A stretch of DNA of 20,000 nucleotides. Source: Pachysolen tannophilus NRRL Y-2460. Its lineage: Eukaryota. A model generated the notes under the pieces. It saw nothing but the letters and a program-made list of their open reading frames with translations, was not told the origin of the DNA and did no database searches. Location of the stretch: positions 2,173,614 to 2,193,613 of the forward strand of contig KV454012.1 in assembly GCA_001661245.1 (NCBI GenBank), given 5' to 3'. The position numbers were made by a program, and so were the translations under genes. Shown here piece after piece: positions 1 to 10,002 of the stretch (its first letter is position 1; the number at the start of each line of letters is the position of its first letter).

Positions 1-1522
1 CAAGGGTCTTTGGAGAAGGTGAATTTGTTGAATTAATAGATTTATCTGTCTTTATCTGAATATTATTAGCAAAATGAAGAGGAGAATTTTCATCTTTCAC
101 AGTTTGTTGTTGGTCTGGACGATGCAACAGCAGCAGCTGTTGTTGTTGTTGTTGTTGTTGCTGAATATTTATTATTGATTGGTTTCCATTTATAGCATGT
201 GATTTCACAAAATGTTCCAAGGCGCTTAATGGACCAGAACATTCGTGTCCAACTGAATATATCATCAAAGTTTTTAGATGGGCCATTACATCACTTACTT
301 GAACAACTCTCATAACACTTTCTTGTAAACCAAAGTTTGACATTGATTGGAAAACTTTAAAATTTTTCTTTAAATCATCTATATTCTTTAAACTCAGTAA
401 ATCATTATCAGGCATTGAAAGAAAAGATTCTAAAGCAGGCCAATCTAAACCGGGGGTAAAATGATGTGTTTGAAAATCAAACCAATCAATTTTTAATTCT
501 TGATTAAACATGGCCCTTACGGTACCATAAATGGTAACATATGAATCATCACTGTACCAATGTTTTATTGATGACCTTGAACTCTCCAAGTAAGCTGCAC
601 CATTAGGTAAAACTTGTATCCTTATATTGTTTGGAACAAACTCGAACCTAGTAACACCGCTTTTGAAAATTGAATTGAAGAATCTTGGAATTAAAGGAAC
701 TGAAAATTCAAAATTTCTAACATCATTATTATTTCTGACACTATATCTAAACAATCCATTTTCAGTGAAATAATCTGAAGTTATCTTTTGCCAATAAGAT
801 AATTCTTTTTCTGCTTTTATACCAACTAATTCACAAAATTCTAAAAATCTCATTGTTGCAAAATTAGATATTTGTTTCCTCAAATTTAAAACTGGATTCA
901 TTATAGGTGCACTTCCAGCAACTGAAGGAGAATAAGTATGATGATGTATATGTTTTGAACCTGTAGAAGAATTTTGCATCGGCGGTACAGTAGAATTCAG
1001 ATTAACTCCTCCAGTTTGTAACTCACGATGATTTGGAATCGTTGAATTATTGTTCGCGTTCAAAGTTACAGGTCTTGTTGTATTCTCTGTGAAATTCTTA
1101 TTCATATTTGCTTCTAAATGTAACTGCTGCTGATTAAACTGTTGCTTCTGCTGTTGTTGTTGCTGAAAGGAAAACATTTGTTGAGGAAGTGGAACGGTCT
1201 GTCTCAATTGCTGTTGTGGTTGCAGCTGCTGTGGCTGTATTTGTGCCTGTAGTTGTTGTTGTGGTTGTTGTGGTTGTTGTTGTTGTTGTTGCTGCTGTTG
1301 TGGTTGTGCTTGTGGTTGTTGTGATTGTTGCGGTTGGGCTTGTTGCTGAAGAGATATGTTGGGCGTCCTATTTATCATCAAATTTTGTGCTGCTATGCTT
1401 CCGTTAGTATTGGCAGCATTACCGTTCAAATTCATATTTAGTGGATGACTTATATTATTATTAACATCATCTATACTTCCTATACTATAGTTCGAAATAC
1501 GTCTATTACCATTAGAATTCAT
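1..1522 (-). CDS. MFG1: LIM-domain-binding (LDB/Mfg1/PtaB/Adn1-like) transcriptional co-regulator, Q/N-rich; 3' end runs off the window
   Basis: Absent from the ORF track, consistent with its stop lying outside the window. Manual translation from ATG 1522 (in-frame TAG upstream) gives MNSNGNRRISNYSIG, poly-Q tracts, then MRFLEFCE..LSYWQKITSDYFTENG..FEFSVPLIPRFF..KIDWFDFQTHHF..FGLQESVMRVVQVSDVM, typical of the LIM_bind domain of fungal Mfg1/PtaB. Confidence 0.8.
   Translation of the reverse strand, partial: MNSNGNRRISNYSIGSIDDVNNNISHPLNMNLNGNAANTNGSIAAQNLMINRTPNISLQQQAQPQQSQQPQAQPQQQQQQQQQPQQPQQQLQAQIQPQQLQPQQQLRQTVPLPQQMFSFQQQQQQKQQFNQQQLHLEANMNKNFTENTTRPVTLNANNNSTIPNHRELQTGGVNLNSTVPPMQNSSTGSKHIHHHTYSPSVAGSAPIMNPVLNLRKQISNFATMRFLEFCELVGIKAEKELSYWQKITSDYFTENGLFRYSVRNNNDVRNFEFSVPLIPRFFNSIFKSGVTRFEFVPNNIRIQVLPNGAAYLESSRSSIKHWYSDDSYVTIYGTVRAMFNQELKIDWFDFQTHHFTPGLDWPALESFLSMPDNDLLSLKNIDDLKKNFKVFQSMSNFGLQESVMRVVQVSDVMAHLKTLMIYSVGHECSGPLSALEHFVKSHAINGNQSIINIQQQQQQQQQLLLLHRPDQQQTVKDENSPLHFANNIQIKTDKSINSTNSPSPKTL
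1123..1347 (-). repeat. CAA/CAG-rich trinucleotide tracts encoding poly-Gln/Pro (a second tract lies at ~128-161)
   Basis: (GTT)n/(GCT)n runs on the + strand read CAA/CAG in the frame of the minus-strand LDB gene. Confidence 0.9.
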
Positions 1523-1873
1523 AACAGTAGTAAAATAATGATAAGATTTATGGGTAATACCATTAATTGTAAAGTATCGCAACTAAAGGTGATAGTTGAT
1601 ACAGTTTTACTAGTATTTTGCTTAATTAGCTGGCGGAACTTTACTCGCGGAAAAGATAGCTACTTTGGGGAATTTTCAGTTGCACGTAGAATATCACTAC
1701 GAAATGTTCATAAGCCTATTTATTGTTGTTGTACAAATAATCTATATTTCATTTAATGAATTAAGAAGAAGAAACTCAAGGGTAAAATGAGACAACTATT
1801 GAATATATGAATGAATCTAATGTAATCTGATCTATAAAAAATAAAAGATAAAAGAAAAAAAAAAAAAGAATAT

Positions 1874-2812
1874 CTATTTGGGAGTCGGCACTTTTCCAGG
1901 ACATTCTAAATCACGGTAATATTGATAACCAGCATGGGGACCAAAATCAGAGTATCTTATGGAATAACCCAAATTTGAAAGGGCTTTAAAATCTTCATCC
2001 TCTAGTTCTAATTCATCGCCGATCAAATTTTCTTCAATTCTTGAAGGAGTAACTGATTTGGCAAGAACTGAAGTATTTCTTTTCAAACCCCAAGCAATTA
2101 GAATTTGAGCTGGAGTTTTTGAAATTTTTTTGGAAATTTCCATAACAATTGGATGTTCTAAACATTTTGGTTCATTTTCCAACAGATAACATTCATTTTG
2201 ATTACCAAATGGAGAGTATGCAGTAACGTGGATGTTATTATCTGTATGGATTTTCAAGAACTCATCTTGTTTTAAATACGGATGCATTTCTAATTGGTGA
2301 ACCAGAGGTTTCACTTTACAATTAGCTAATAATCTTTCAAGTTCTGAATTACAGAAATTACTTATTCCTATAGATCTAACCTTGCCAGTTTCTAACAATT
2401 TTTCCATTGCAGCCCATGTTTCTAGGTAATCAATATCAGAAAAAATAGTTTCACCTTTTTCAAAAGTTTCCTTATCACTAGCAGCTGGATAATGCATTAG
2501 ATACAAGTCAACGTAATCTAAACCCAATTTTTGTAAACTTTTTTCAAGACCAACTGGAACATCTTCAGCTTTATGCATAGAGTTCCATAATTTCGTGGTA
2601 ACAAAAATATCTTCTCTTTTAACATTACTTTTTCTAATACCTTCACCTACTTGGTCTTCATTACCATAAATAGTCGCAGTATCAATATGTTTATACCCTT
2701 TCTTTAAAGCATACTCAACAGCTTTGGCAGCATCATTATTATGTGATTGCCAGGTTCCAAGACCGAAAAGTGGCATTTCAACACCATTGTTAAGAATCGT
2801 GGTTTTTACCAT
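1874..2812 (-). CDS. Aldo-keto reductase (Gcy1/Ypr1-like NADPH-dependent AKR)
   Basis: 312 aa with GLGTW, catalytic tetrad DTATIY..K..LMHYP, SIGISNF, HQLEMHPY, AYSPFG and AKSVTPSRIEEN. Confidence 0.95.
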   Translation of the reverse strand: MVKTTILNNGVEMPLFGLGTWQSHNNDAAKAVEYALKKGYKHIDTATIYGNEDQVGEGIRKSNVKREDIFVTTKLWNSMHKAEDVPVGLEKSLQKLGLDYVDLYLMHYPAASDKETFEKGETIFSDIDYLETWAAMEKLLETGKVRSIGISNFCNSELERLLANCKVKPLVHQLEMHPYLKQDEFLKIHTDNNIHVTAYSPFGNQNECYLLENEPKCLEHPIVMEISKKISKTPAQILIAWGLKRNTSVLAKSVTPSRIEENLIGDELELEDEDFKALSNLGYSIRYSDFGPHAGYQYYRDLECPGKVPTPK

Positions 2813-3038
2813 TTTCTTATAAACACTAAAGAGAAGGAAAAAAATGGAGTGGTGGGTGGGGGGTTAGGATGAAAAAATATATAAAAAAAAAAAAAAAAAA
2901 AGATAAAAGAAATTACTTTTATCAATTTAAATAATGAGGACCTTCCAAACTCCTAGTAGATTTTCACATTTTTGAATATTCTCTTTGAATTGAAATGATT
3001 CGTTTGAATATTTAATCTCTTCGTTATGCTTGGTTAGC

Positions 3039-3105
3039 CTTATCTGTGGTGGAGAATTGATAAGAAAGGTGGGCACTTTCCCGATTTAGAATGATTATGC
3101 CCACC
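3039..3105. promoter_or_regulatory. Upstream element cluster of the AKR gene: CTTATC, GGTGGAGAA, GATAAGAAAGGTGGGCAC, TTATGCCCACC
   Basis: Motifs at 3039-3044, 3048-3056, 3059-3076 and 3095-3105 recur upstream of the NCS1 and dioxygenase genes. GATAAG is the known GATA-factor (nitrogen catabolite repression) site. Confidence 0.65.
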
Positions 3106-3567
3106 TCTTCAACTGCTCGAAATGGGTAGTATTTATCTTAACATTACGGAGATATCTACTAAAGACAGATTCTAATTAAAAAATCAATAGCTTCTTTCTT
3201 CATGTATCATCTATAGATTGTAGGCTATATTAGATGTCGAAAGGATAAAGTTAACAAAATCTTAAAGGGGATTTGAAAGGATGCATATAAAATCTTTGAA
3301 CGAATTAGATCTATTTCTATGTTGAATCTAAAAAAATGTTTAGTACCACTAAATAAATATCTCAATACATTAAGCAAAATACTCTGATTGCAGAAGTTAA
3401 TCAAAAAAAAAGAAAGATATATATAAAAAAAGCCAATGAAATATTTGAATTAAAAAACGCCACCAAGTAAAAATCCAAAATAATAAAAAGTGTTTAATAA
3501 CTACCCTAATAAAAGTAACAAAATTTTCCAAGGAATATCTAAAAATAAATATAATAGGATTTTAAAA

Positions 3568-5256
3568 TTATTTCTTACTGTCAATAGTAATAGAAATCTT
3601 CTCAACAGACCCGCTACCCTCAATGTCGTCACTTAAGCCTGTATCACTGTCTAATTTGCTTATGGCAACACCGTCTTCCGTGTAAACTTCATCAACTTTA
3701 GTATCTGGCTGAATAGTAAAACCAGGGAAAATTAATTCCAACACTATTAAAGTTGTAGCACTAACAATAATACCCCAAGGATAAGACATTTTAAAGATTT
3801 TGTTCCATGCACCCCAATCCTTACCATCTGCTTCGGCGACTAAACCTGGCAAAGTGAAAGCAGTACCCATAATCCAAGCAACAGCTGCTCTCCAATCAAA
3901 TCCGTGCCAGAACCAATAGATTGAAGAAGAATTACCAACGTATAAGTCTTGTAATAAAATTTTTCTTTTGTAAATGAAAAAATATTTAGCAATAATAATA
4001 CCTGTTAAACCAGAACAGAAGCAGCCCCAACCATTACCAAGAATGATAACAGCTGTAGCGTTTGCTTGTAATTTCCAAGGCCAACAAAGTAAACCAACAA
4101 CGGCAACAATTAATGAAGCTCTCCTCATATTTAAATATTTTGGACATAAACCAGCCAAATCCATACCTGTGGAAACAGAATTTAACAAAAGGTTAATAGC
4201 CAATTGCTGGCCAACAAATGCTAAACCACCAAAAAATACACCAGCTCTAGCAGCTTTTGAATTATTTTCGTAAGACTGAATAGCAGACAATACATTTAAA
4301 GGATTCCATACGGTTTCTCCAACAATATCGTTAACTGCAGAAGTAACTAAACAACCAATTAAAGAAGAATAAACAACAGCAATTGGAGCACCAATAAACT
4401 GAGCAGGAGCTGGGCCTCTCTTCGTTGTAGAATATCTTGCCCAATCAGATTGTCCCAAGATACCAGTTCCAGCTGTACCAACGACACTAAAAATTGACAT
4501 AACAACAGCCCATGCAACTTCAGCTTTTGTAGTCAACGTCGATGAATGTTCTGTTAACATAGCTCCAGCACCGCCTGCGGTCTTGATAGCCCATCCAAGA
4601 ATTCCAAACATGGCACCAAATACTAGTACAAATGTAATTCTGAAAAAAGTTTGAATTTTTTCTGGAGGTATCATAATACATGGAATAAATAAAATCATAT
4701 AGATCATTAATCCAACGAAATCAGCCGAAGTTATACCATTTTTATCATCAAAAGTATCCCATGTAGCATAACTTGGATTCATTGCAGCAATTACAACTCT
4801 CACTGCTTGTCCTCCATAATAAGCTTGAACACCAACCCAGACAATACCGGTACATAATCTTATGATAACTGGGAAATAAAAAGCAGGAAACTTACCTTTA
4901 AATCCACCTACACCCCAACAAAATCTTGAAATAACGGTAAACCCAATATGATGATGAGAACCTATCCAACCCATAATAACTGCCATAAACCCATATATAA
5001 TACCTGCAGCCACTGTGCAACCCAAGGCCTGTCTAACAGAAAGTCCGTAAGCAACGATAGTAGATCCAGTAGTCCAACCAGATATAGAGACACCTTCCAC
5101 AATCCAGTAACTGAAATAACCCAAAGGAGTCCAAGTTCTACGTTCTGGTGGAATAGGAATCAAATCTCTATTGGTAAGCTTATCATTATCATAGAAAGAC
5201 TGTTCATCTTTTGGAACTTCAAGTTTCTTTTTAAGTAATTCCCAAGAGATCGTCAT
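3568..5256 (-). CDS. NCS1-family (Fur4/Dal4/Thi7-type) nucleobase/allantoin/vitamin permease
   Basis: N-terminal LTNRDLIPIPPERRTW..FSYW, HIGFTVISRFCWG, QSDWARY, WNP, N..LNS, DLAGLCPKYLNMRR, LY..SSIYWF.HGFDWRA, and many hydrophobic helices. The track ORF starts at a TTG (5298); the first ATG is at 5256 (562 aa). Confidence 0.93.
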   Translation of the reverse strand: MTISWELLKKKLEVPKDEQSFYDNDKLTNRDLIPIPPERRTWTPLGYFSYWIVEGVSISGWTTGSTIVAYGLSVRQALGCTVAAGIIYGFMAVIMGWIGSHHHIGFTVISRFCWGVGGFKGKFPAFYFPVIIRLCTGIVWVGVQAYYGGQAVRVVIAAMNPSYATWDTFDDKNGITSADFVGLMIYMILFIPCIMIPPEKIQTFFRITFVLVFGAMFGILGWAIKTAGGAGAMLTEHSSTLTTKAEVAWAVVMSIFSVVGTAGTGILGQSDWARYSTTKRGPAPAQFIGAPIAVVYSSLIGCLVTSAVNDIVGETVWNPLNVLSAIQSYENNSKAARAGVFFGGLAFVGQQLAINLLLNSVSTGMDLAGLCPKYLNMRRASLIVAVVGLLCWPWKLQANATAVIILGNGWGCFCSGLTGIIIAKYFFIYKRKILLQDLYVGNSSSIYWFWHGFDWRAAVAWIMGTAFTLPGLVAEADGKDWGAWNKIFKMSYPWGIIVSATTLIVLELIFPGFTIQPDTKVDEVYTEDGVAISKLDSDTGLSDDIEGSGSVEKISITIDSKK

Positions 5257-5378
5257 ATTTATTTCCTTTTTTTGCGATTTCTTTTTTGAAGACCTCAACT
5301 TAAAATCTCAAACGATTTTAATTTTGATTGTGATTTTGATTCCAAATTTGACACTCGAAACATATGCTATAAGGCTAG

Positions 5379-5398
5379 ATATATATATATATATATAT
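5379..5398. repeat. (AT)n microsatellite / TATA-like tract upstream of the NCS1 gene
   Basis: About 10 AT units seen directly. Confidence 0.85.
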
Positions 5399-5470
5399 AA
5401 GAAAATCTAATCTTTGATAATAACTTTGAATATGCTTGTAGTGTTTTTCATTTCCGGAGTCTGCAGTATC

Positions 5471-5598
5471 TTATGCCCACAACTATTTTTTACTTGTTAT
5501 AAGCTTAGAGATTTAGTATGTTTTCCTTTTGAAAAATCAACGGTGGAGAACTTTTCAGTGAAAAATTATGATTTTTGGTGGGCTATCGAGCCGTTATC
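5471..5598. promoter_or_regulatory. Upstream element cluster of the NCS1 gene: TTATGCCCAC, GGTGGAGAA, GGTGGGC, TTATC
   Basis: Motifs at 5471-5480, 5542-5550, 5577-5583 and 5594-5598 match those upstream of the AKR and dioxygenase genes. Confidence 0.6.
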
Positions 5599-5900
5599 AA
5601 AAAAAAAATTATTATGTCCAAGATATACTGCTGTAATGTTGCTGATGATAATAAAAGAAGGAAAATACCCCAGTTTCTCAACATTTTCACTTTTCATACA
5701 GTTGTTCATTTGATTATTTTCAATTCAAGATATTTGTAATTGAAGGATCTAAACAGGGATTAATATTAAAATTATGCTATAGATTAAGTACCGTATATTG
5801 AGTATTTAGTTATCGTAAAAATGTAAAATTGTAAAAATTTTGGAAGGGACAAAAAGAGGACAAAAAGAAGAAAAAGAAAAAAAAATTTTTTTTGAGTCCC

Positions 5901-6932
5901 TTAATATGTTGCGTTTAATCTCATACTAAGATATTCTAAAGCGTTAATTGGCTCATATTTCTTTGGGTTTTCTTCAGAGTATGTTCCAGGTAAACAATCA
6001 ATTGTCTTTGTTCTATCAGCGCTGATAAAGAATGGAATTGAGTATCTAACTTTTGAGTATCCAGTTTCCGATATAATAGGTGGGGCTCTAACTCTATGTA
6101 AGGTAGATTTTAACAGGTTATTTGACCATCTCATAAGAAAATCACCAGTATTTACTACGAGTGCACCGGGGACATAAGGAGCTGGAATGAAAACTCCTTT
6201 ATGATATGGGTCTTCAACTTCTAAGCCTCCGCAACTATCTTGAAGTAATAAAGTCATTGTACCGAAGTCTGTATGAGCAGCAATTCTTTCAGTAGAACCA
6301 TTTCTTAAATCTTGTTCTTTTGTAGGTGGATAATGTAATAATCTAAGTTGATTTTCACTATCAATATGATAATTTAAGAAAAAATCTTCATTTAAGTCCA
6401 TTCCAAGAGCAAGTGCTCTTAAAAAATATTTAGAAGTTAAAGTGGCTTTATTATAATAATTTTGGCAACCCAGTTTAAAACCAGGAATATCTGTATCTTC
6501 TGGCCAAAAATTACAATAATATCCATCTTCTTTACCAACATCAAAAGATTCTTTAACATCTGGATGTTTCCTCAAATTGGAAATCTCTTTTTCATCAAAA
6601 ACCATTTGAACCACTTTTTCTTTACCAAGAGCTGACCAACCTCTATGATGTGCACCATTTGGAGGATGAGGGCATTTAGATTTTTGTTCATCGGATAATT
6701 CAAAAAATTTCTTGGACCATTCAAAAATATCATCAATTTCTTTTTGCTCAATACCGTGATTAATAATATACATGAATCCAACTTCACGTAATACTTTTAC
6801 CATTTGCTTACCAGTTTCTAATTTTTCTTCAGGTTTACCCGAAAAAAAAGGCGAAAAATCAATAATTGGGAGAGAAGAAGTCGGAGAAGTTGTTGTATCA
6901 ACAACTTCAACTGTAGTGGTAACAGAGGACAT
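5901..6932 (-). CDS. 2-oxoglutarate/Fe(II)-dependent dioxygenase (DIOX_N + 2OG-FeII_Oxy; thymine-7-hydroxylase/IPNS-like fold)
   Basis: 343 aa with LPIIDFSPF, GFMYIINHGI, HRGWS..G.E, DVKESFD, LRLLHYP, facial triad HTD..HRV, and the 2OG-binding RYS motif. Confidence 0.95.
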   Translation of the reverse strand: MSSVTTTVEVVDTTTSPTSSLPIIDFSPFFSGKPEEKLETGKQMVKVLREVGFMYIINHGIEQKEIDDIFEWSKKFFELSDEQKSKCPHPPNGAHHRGWSALGKEKVVQMVFDEKEISNLRKHPDVKESFDVGKEDGYYCNFWPEDTDIPGFKLGCQNYYNKATLTSKYFLRALALGMDLNEDFFLNYHIDSENQLRLLHYPPTKEQDLRNGSTERIAAHTDFGTMTLLLQDSCGGLEVEDPYHKGVFIPAPYVPGALVVNTGDFLMRWSNNLLKSTLHRVRAPPIISETGYSKVRYSIPFFISADRTKTIDCLPGTYSEENPKKYEPINALEYLSMRLNATY

Positions 6933-7032
6933 ATTGGAAAACTACTTTATTTGGAATATTACTCTACCTAGTAAGCTAACTTTTTCTTCTCTTCTGTTTT
7001 TGTTCTTTTTTGTTTTTGGGACTTCTGTAGAG

Positions 7033-7134
7033 CTTATCCGACTATATATATATATTTATGTTGAAGATCATCTTTACCCAAGCGTAGATAAGAAAAGGTG
7101 GGCACCTCTATTTTCTTGGTGGAGGATGTTTATC
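7033..7134. promoter_or_regulatory. Upstream element cluster of the dioxygenase gene: CTTATC, GATAAGAAAAGGTGGGCAC, GGTGGAGGA, TTATC
   Basis: 7087-7105 differs from 3059-3076 by one extra A; GGTGGAG is at 7118-7124. Confidence 0.65.
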
Positions 7135-7281
7135 TTGCATATATTGTATGCATGGTTATAAACGTTTGATTTCTTGACTATATTTAAAATCTGATCAAAA
7201 TGATTAGAGTTATCATGTGATTTCATAAAATGTATGGGAATCAGTTTCTAAAAATTGAATTAAGGAACATGACATAGAATT

Positions 7282-8154
7282 TGCAGTTTAAGAAGATTAT
7301 TACAACCTTATAAAGAAACACATAAAGAGTACCAGATGAATTGTTTCTCCCAGTATTCTAGATTTATTTCTTTACATGGGTTATTAAATATTTGCTATGA
7401 TTTGAAATATAGAGGATTATTTGATTTAGGTATTTTAACCAAGAAAAGATTATTTGACTTGGTTATTAGATTACAGCATGCATTTTTAAGTTGGAAAGAT
7501 TATTTTGATAGGCATATCTCGATTACAAATAGATCTGAATGTGATGAAGTTTTAAACGACTATTCTGCATCTCCTATATTCTGGTCAAATTTAACAATTT
7601 TTAAAATTGCGTTAATTTCGTTGTATGTTGATACTTCTACAATATTGAAATATTCATCAAATTTAAATGATCATAAACTTATCACAAAAATTCAAAATTG
7701 GACAAAATCGTCTGAGGGAGAATCATGCGTAATTGAAAGTTGTCGCTTTCTTATAATAGTCATAAATAATGTCGAAATAATCCATTCCGTTCCTCATGTT
7801 GCATATTGTACTTTTTTGGTATGTCTCATTCTTTGGTCTTTTGAAACAAACAGGCAAATATCAGCTTTTAATTCTACAAATATGCTTACCCCATTAACAC
7901 CAAGAAAATATTTTGATGCAGACAATAACTTATTAATTGAAACTGTAGGAAATGATGCAACAAATTACCTTTCTGGAATATTAGAAAACAACAATATCAA
8001 TGTTGAAAATTTTGAAGAATACTGTACAAGACAACAGCAAGTGATTGCTTTAATCACTTATATTATTGGGATATTAAAAGAAAATTGTAGTTGGGAAAAT
8101 ATTGGTCCACGAATCGAAGTTTTAGAAAAGGTACTAAAAACTTATGATGAGTAA
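7282..8154 (+). pseudogene. C-terminal half of the C2H2/Fungal_trans transcription factor, displaced to the opposite strand by an apparent inversion (could be translated alone from ATG 7336, 272 aa)
   Basis: The frame is open from 7273: (HRI)CSLRRLLQPYKETHKEYQMNCFSQYSRFISLHGLL..LQHAFLSWKDYFD..IQNWTKS..PHVAYCTFLVCLILWSF. This resembles the C-terminal region of fungal-specific TF domain proteins and lacks a DNA-binding domain. Confidence 0.75.
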
Positions 8155-8315
8155 ATATTTACAGTAGAGTATATATGTTTTCGTTTTTTCGTTTCTATTA
8201 AATTAACTAGTTTGATCTTATACAAGGTGGTAATATCACTATTTGTAGAACCTTTGAAAAAAAAAAAAAAATTTTAAATCACTGTATCATTCCAAAGTCT
8301 CTATATCCTTTTTGC

Positions 8316-10002
8316 CTAATGAAAAATAAAAAAAGAAAAGAAAAAAAAAGAAAACCATAATTTAAGAAATAAAAAATTTGGCCATCTAGTTTCTATTTTG
8401 ATACTAGATAATAATGGAGTATTTGAATTTGCATCATTTAGTTCAATAGATGGTTTTTTTCTTGGATTTAAATTCTTAGGTTGTAAATCGTACTGTTCAA
8501 AAAACTCATTTAAATCACTTGCATTCCATACGTTATCTGTACAAGGTAGTTCCAAATTAATTTCAAAAATTGAAAGATGTTGATCAAGATTAAACAAAGC
8601 AGCATGCTGTGAATCACAAATATATGCAAAAAAAGCAGTTCTTTTACTTGTTTCATAAAGAATCCAGTCATTCCATGAACTTTTGTCGCTCACCAGAGGT
8701 TCAACCAAACCTTCTAAAAAACGTAAACTTTTCAATAAATTTATGTTTAAGCCATGGAAAAGTATGGATTTCTTTAATTGTAGGTCTGTTCCACAATATT
8801 TTCCAAAATAATTATTAAGTAACAAAGCTTGGAAAATACTTAATTCTAAATTATCTTCAAAATTATTCACTTCATAAAGTAACAATTTTCTCAATGAATC
8901 ATGAACTAATAATGAAATTTTATAATGACATGTATATTTACTGTATGCCATTCCAATATTCAACATACTTACTAAAAGATAAATATTTGTCTTACTTGGG
9001 TCAAACGTTGGGAAATGGATAATTGGATAAATTGAATTGAATTCATTCCAATATAATTTTAAAAAATCGTCAAAGTCTTCAATTAATAAGGAATTTAAAT
9101 CATCCAAGTTTAAAAGTTGTAATATTTGAAATCTAGTCTCTTCGCTTAATAAGTTAAAATTATTCAAATTTGCTTGTTCTCGATTCATAGTAGATAATAC
9201 TGGTGATAGACTTTCAAAAAATAATTTGTCAGGTTCAAATTCAAGGTTATTTAAATTACCAAATAACCAACCATAATTATCGCGATATTCACTAAATGCA
9301 TTGGGTGGGGTAGCTTTTTGATGAATACCAGAAGACTCAGTATCTATCCCTTGATTAAATAAATGATTTTGATTTTTCTCTTCCATCTTTGAATGTGATA
9401 TATTTTCAAGTCCTAAAGTATCTGAGGCATTTTGCATTGGGTTAAATATATTCCGTAATGATAGATTTTTGGATGATGTATTAAGTGAACTATCTGTACC
9501 ATAATCAAAAGATGAAGTTTCTTTAAATTCTTTTGACACAACTTTATTACCAATTGATGAATTCAGTTCCAAATCATTCGTAATTTGGTCATTATATTTA
9601 CATGGTATATCGGCTTTTCTCTTTTGATGAGATTTTGATTTGAAATGCCTAGAAAGGGAAGAAATGATACATTTATTCTTAGTAAATAATTCTCATTATT
9701 ATAATCCAATAAATTGGAAAAATATAAATACTAACTTTATTAACAAATCTTTCCTTGCAAAACCCAGCTGACATTGACGGCAATTGAATGGTTTCACTTC
9801 GCTATCTAATATAAAAAGTTAGTAATTAAATTTCATCTAATCCATACAAAAATTTAAAATAAAATAAAATTGCATACGATTCCCTTTATGTCTCAATAAA
9901 TAATCAACTCTAGCAAAAGATTTGTCGCAACCTGGATGTGAACATTTGAATTTTTTCTCCTTTATCGAATTCTTCTTGATTAGATTATCTATTGAGTTGG
10001 AC

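Noticed and set aside
1189..1407. 72-aa poly-Val ORF on the + strand
   Set aside because: It is the antisense shadow of the poly-Gln tract of the minus-strand LDB/Mfg1-like gene and starts at GTG.
1445..1756. 103-aa + strand ORF
   Set aside because: It overlaps the start and promoter of the Mfg1-like gene in antisense and has no recognisable motif.
5414..5713. 99-aa ORF in the NCS1 promoter; likewise 10181-10438 and 19473-19658
   Set aside because: They have low-complexity or AT-tract-derived composition, some have non-ATG starts, and none shows domain features.
7280..7286. TTTGCAG resembling a 3' splice site at the start of the TF C-terminal half (trans-splicing or missing-exon idea)
   Set aside because: There is no TACTAAC-like branch point upstream and no credible donor at the end of the N-half. 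A simple DNA inversion already restores the frame.
7287..8368. TTTAAGAA present near both inversion breakpoints (7287-7294 and 8361-8368) as possible recombination sites
   Set aside because: The copies are in direct, not inverted, orientation, and an AT-rich 8-mer is expected by chance. I found no flanking inverted repeats and no recombinase gene, so a programmed switch is unsupported.
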